Positions 47,559-49,692 of a stretch of 49,692 nucleotides of DNA are shown here, piece by piece. Both the position numbers and the translations under genes were made by a program. The stretch spans positions 5,743 to 55,434 of the forward strand of contig CAZZGQ010000003.1 of the NCBI GenBank assembly GCA_964653765.1, written 5' to 3'. The notes under the pieces were generated by a model. The model was not told where the DNA came from. It did no database searches and was given only the letters and a program-made list of their open reading frames with translations. Source of the DNA: an uncultured Elusimicrobia bacterium (GTDB lineage Bacteria; Elusimicrobiota; Elusimicrobia; UBA1565; UBA9628). The stretch's first letter is position 1. The number at the start of each line of letters is the position of its first letter.

Positions 47559-47849
47559 GGGTTCATTCTATCACTTCTCTCGTTCGCAGAGCAGCGGCAC
47601 CACCAATCCGAGAAAGAGCAGGCGAGCGCGCCAGGCGCGCCAGCCCACGAGACTCTCCTGCCGCACGCCGCGATGTAGGAAACCATCCACGCTCGCGCTT
47701 GCGATTTGCTATTATAAGCGCCGAAGGCCACCACCCCCCAGCTTGTGGGACAACTCGAGGTGGCCTTCATCATTTTAGGTCGCTTGGTCCGCGCGGCTTG
47801 GGCCCTTTGGCTGGCGGGCCGTCCTCGCCCGCTTGTTATAATTTACATG

Positions 47850-49692
47850 ATGCGAATGCGCCTGACGCCTCTGCTTTGCTTTTCCCTCGCTGCCCATGCC
47901 TTGCCCGCGGAGGCTCTCGAGCACTCTGTCCCCGTCCCCGCTGTCGTCTCCGGCCGCGCCGTTCCGACGTTACCGCTTCCCGCCGTCGCCGTTCCTCCGC
48001 AAAGCGCAGAGGCCGCTCTCTTGATCCCTTCCGGCGAGGGAGCGCCTCAGGCTGGCGCTCCGGTAAGCGCGCAACAGCAGCTCGAGGTCGCTCGCGCCGC
48101 CCTGGCCCCGACGGGCGAGCGCGGCGCCGGCGATTCCGAGAACCGCCGCGCCGCCGCCGAGACGTTCTGGTCCGGAGAGCGCGCCCACCCCGCCGCAAGC
48201 GAGCCTGTCGCCGCAGCAGCGAGCCCGGCGCCCGCCGCGTTCGGACGGCTGAGCCGTTTCGCCGGACGCTCCGTGGTTGCCGCGGCCGCCGTGGCCGTCG
48301 CCATTCCTTCTCCGGCCGCCGCGGCCTCGCTGCCGTACTGGGCGCACCACGTCTGGGAGCAGGCCTCTCCCTATCTCGGCACGGCAGCCGGGCTGGGCGC
48401 CACCTACTATGCGGGCCGCCTGGCGAGCTGGGCCGTGACGACTCTGGGCAATCGCTGGGGCTGGGACCAGCATCGCATCGTGGCCGTCAGGCTGGCGGTC
48501 AGCGTGGCCACGTGGATGGCCGGGGCGAGCCTGACGTTGCACTTGGCCGGCGTCTCGACGCAGGTCCTCGTCTCGAGCCTGGGTCTGGGTGGCGTCACCC
48601 TGGCGGTGGGCGCCAAGGAGTTCCTGCGCCAGATGCTCGAGGGAGTGAAGGTCTTGGTCTACCGACCGTTCTTCCCTGGCGACCGTCTCATCATCGATAA
48701 GAAGCTCTACAAAGTCTCTGGCTTCACGCTGCGTTACCTTGAGCTCGGGCGCTACGGCAAGTCCATGACGCTGATGACCTACGCCATCTTGTCGGGGAAG
48801 ATGGTGACCATCCTGCGCCGCTACGCGCCGACCAGCGGCTACGCGATGCCACGGCCGCAAGGCTGGCGCGACTCCTGGAGCGCGGTTCGGGGCGAGGCGC
48901 AGCAAGACCTCTCGCTGCGCAAGACGACAGCCTGGATGGTCGCGGGCGTGGTCGCCCTGTTAGGCCTGCCGTATCTGAGAGGCCTCCTGCACACTCTGCC
49001 GTTCTTTGACCTTGTCTTCCCGTGGGTGGAAGGTGGGACGATCCTGTTCGCCACGCGTCTGGCCGATCACTGGGTCTACAGCTTCTTGGGCCGCATCGCC
49101 GACCGGGCCGAGTGGCGGCCGCAGACGACGATGTTCGTGCGCTTGGGCTCGCAGATCCTCGTCTACGCGATCGGCGGCACGCTGGCGCTGCACGCGCTAG
49201 GGGCCACTTGGACCACGGTGGCCGCCACGGTGGGCGTGACTTCCTTCGTGGTTGGCTGGGCCACCGGCGATCTCGTCAGCAACGTCATCCAGGGCTTCCT
49301 GATCCTCTACTCGCGGCCGTTCGGCGTCGGCGACGTCCTCGAGGTGGGCGACATCACTGGCCAGGTCGTGGACATGAATCTGCAGTACGTCGTGCTCCAG
49401 CACAGCGACAAGACGCACACCCTCGTCCCTTACTCTGTCCTGCGCGACAGTCAGTTCACCGTCCTCGATCCGTCCGAGGCCGACACGCGCCCGCCGCAGC
49501 CCGATCCCGACGCCAACACGCCGCCCGCCGCGCGCCCGCAGCCGCGCACGATCGCGCCGATCGACGCGCTGACCAAGCAGTGGCTGGCTCATTCCGCCCC
49601 TTTCTCGATCGGAGACAGCATCCGCGTCGGCGCCGAACACGGCGTCGTCGTGGAGCTCAACGCCGATCACGTCGTCCTCGAGCGCGAGGATT
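47850..49692 (+). CDS. MscS-family mechanosensitive channel protein with tandem MscS modules (partial, runs off the right edge)
   Basis: Frame open from ATG 47847/47850 to the window end; LGLGGVTLAVGAKEFL..YRPFFPGD and GWATGDLVSNVIQG..SRPFGVGD..GQVVDMNL; TATAAT 47837-47842. Confidence 0.82.
   Translation, partial: MRMRLTPLLCFSLAAHALPAEALEHSVPVPAVVSGRAVPTLPLPAVAVPPQSAEAALLIPSGEGAPQAGAPVSAQQQLEVARAALAPTGERGAGDSENRRAAAETFWSGERAHPAASEPVAAAASPAPAAFGRLSRFAGRSVVAAAAVAVAIPSPAAAASLPYWAHHVWEQASPYLGTAAGLGATYYAGRLASWAVTTLGNRWGWDQHRIVAVRLAVSVATWMAGASLTLHLAGVSTQVLVSSLGLGGVTLAVGAKEFLRQMLEGVKVLVYRPFFPGDRLIIDKKLYKVSGFTLRYLELGRYGKSMTLMTYAILSGKMVTILRRYAPTSGYAMPRPQGWRDSWSAVRGEAQQDLSLRKTTAWMVAGVVALLGLPYLRGLLHTLPFFDLVFPWVEGGTILFATRLADHWVYSFLGRIADRAEWRPQTTMFVRLGSQILVYAIGGTLALHALGATWTTVAATVGVTSFVVGWATGDLVSNVIQGFLILYSRPFGVGDVLEVGDITGQVVDMNLQYVVLQHSDKTHTLVPYSVLRDSQFTVLDPSEADTRPPQPDPDANTPPAARPQPRTIAPIDALTKQWLAHSAPFSIGDSIRVGAEHGVVVELNADHVVLERED

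Noticed and set aside
47571-47690. 39-aa minus-strand ORF MDGFLHRGVRQESLVGWRAWRARLLFLGLVVPLLCEREK upstream of the SPASM rSAM
   Set aside because: It follows a TATAAT box but has no RBS or leader motif, and the rSAM has its own -10 box; too weak to call a precursor.

Overview
High-GC bacterial chromosomal window, densely coding. The style (many TANNNT boxes 6-9 nt before start codons, long Pro/Ala-rich N-terminal extensions) suggests Elusimicrobiota, but that is an inference. After an amidase and pepP, about 45 kb (~2.9-47.6 kb) is an accessory locus mixing cell-surface glycan genes (GT2/GT4/GT9, two GT-C membrane proteins, Wzm/Wzt, SGNH hydrolases, methyltransferases, YdjC deacetylase) with RiPP-type or small-molecule tailoring genes. 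The latter are a stand-alone PqqD/RRE, four divergent asparagine-synthetase/lasso-cyclase-like paralogs, an amidase, a B12-binding radical SAM, an AspH-like 2OG-Fe(II) oxygenase, a heme-oxygenase-like diiron enzyme, an HPr-kinase-like protein, a SPASM/twitch radical SAM, and a ~1500-aa S26 peptidase/beta-helix/nucleotidyltransferase fusion. The key observation is a 37-aa ORF absent from the ORF track (37405-37518, MTKKSPTGKNDKKRRKYVKPRLTRHGELSQTALAKSY). It has its own sigma70-like promoter and a lasso-type RRE-binding leader (YxxPxLxxxG) but a tiny acid-free core that cannot form a lasso ring. This points to a possibly undescribed RiPP or peptide-primed glycan system. No tRNA, rRNA, CRISPR array, transposase or integrase was recognised. 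All annotations are from motif reading only; no database searches were run.
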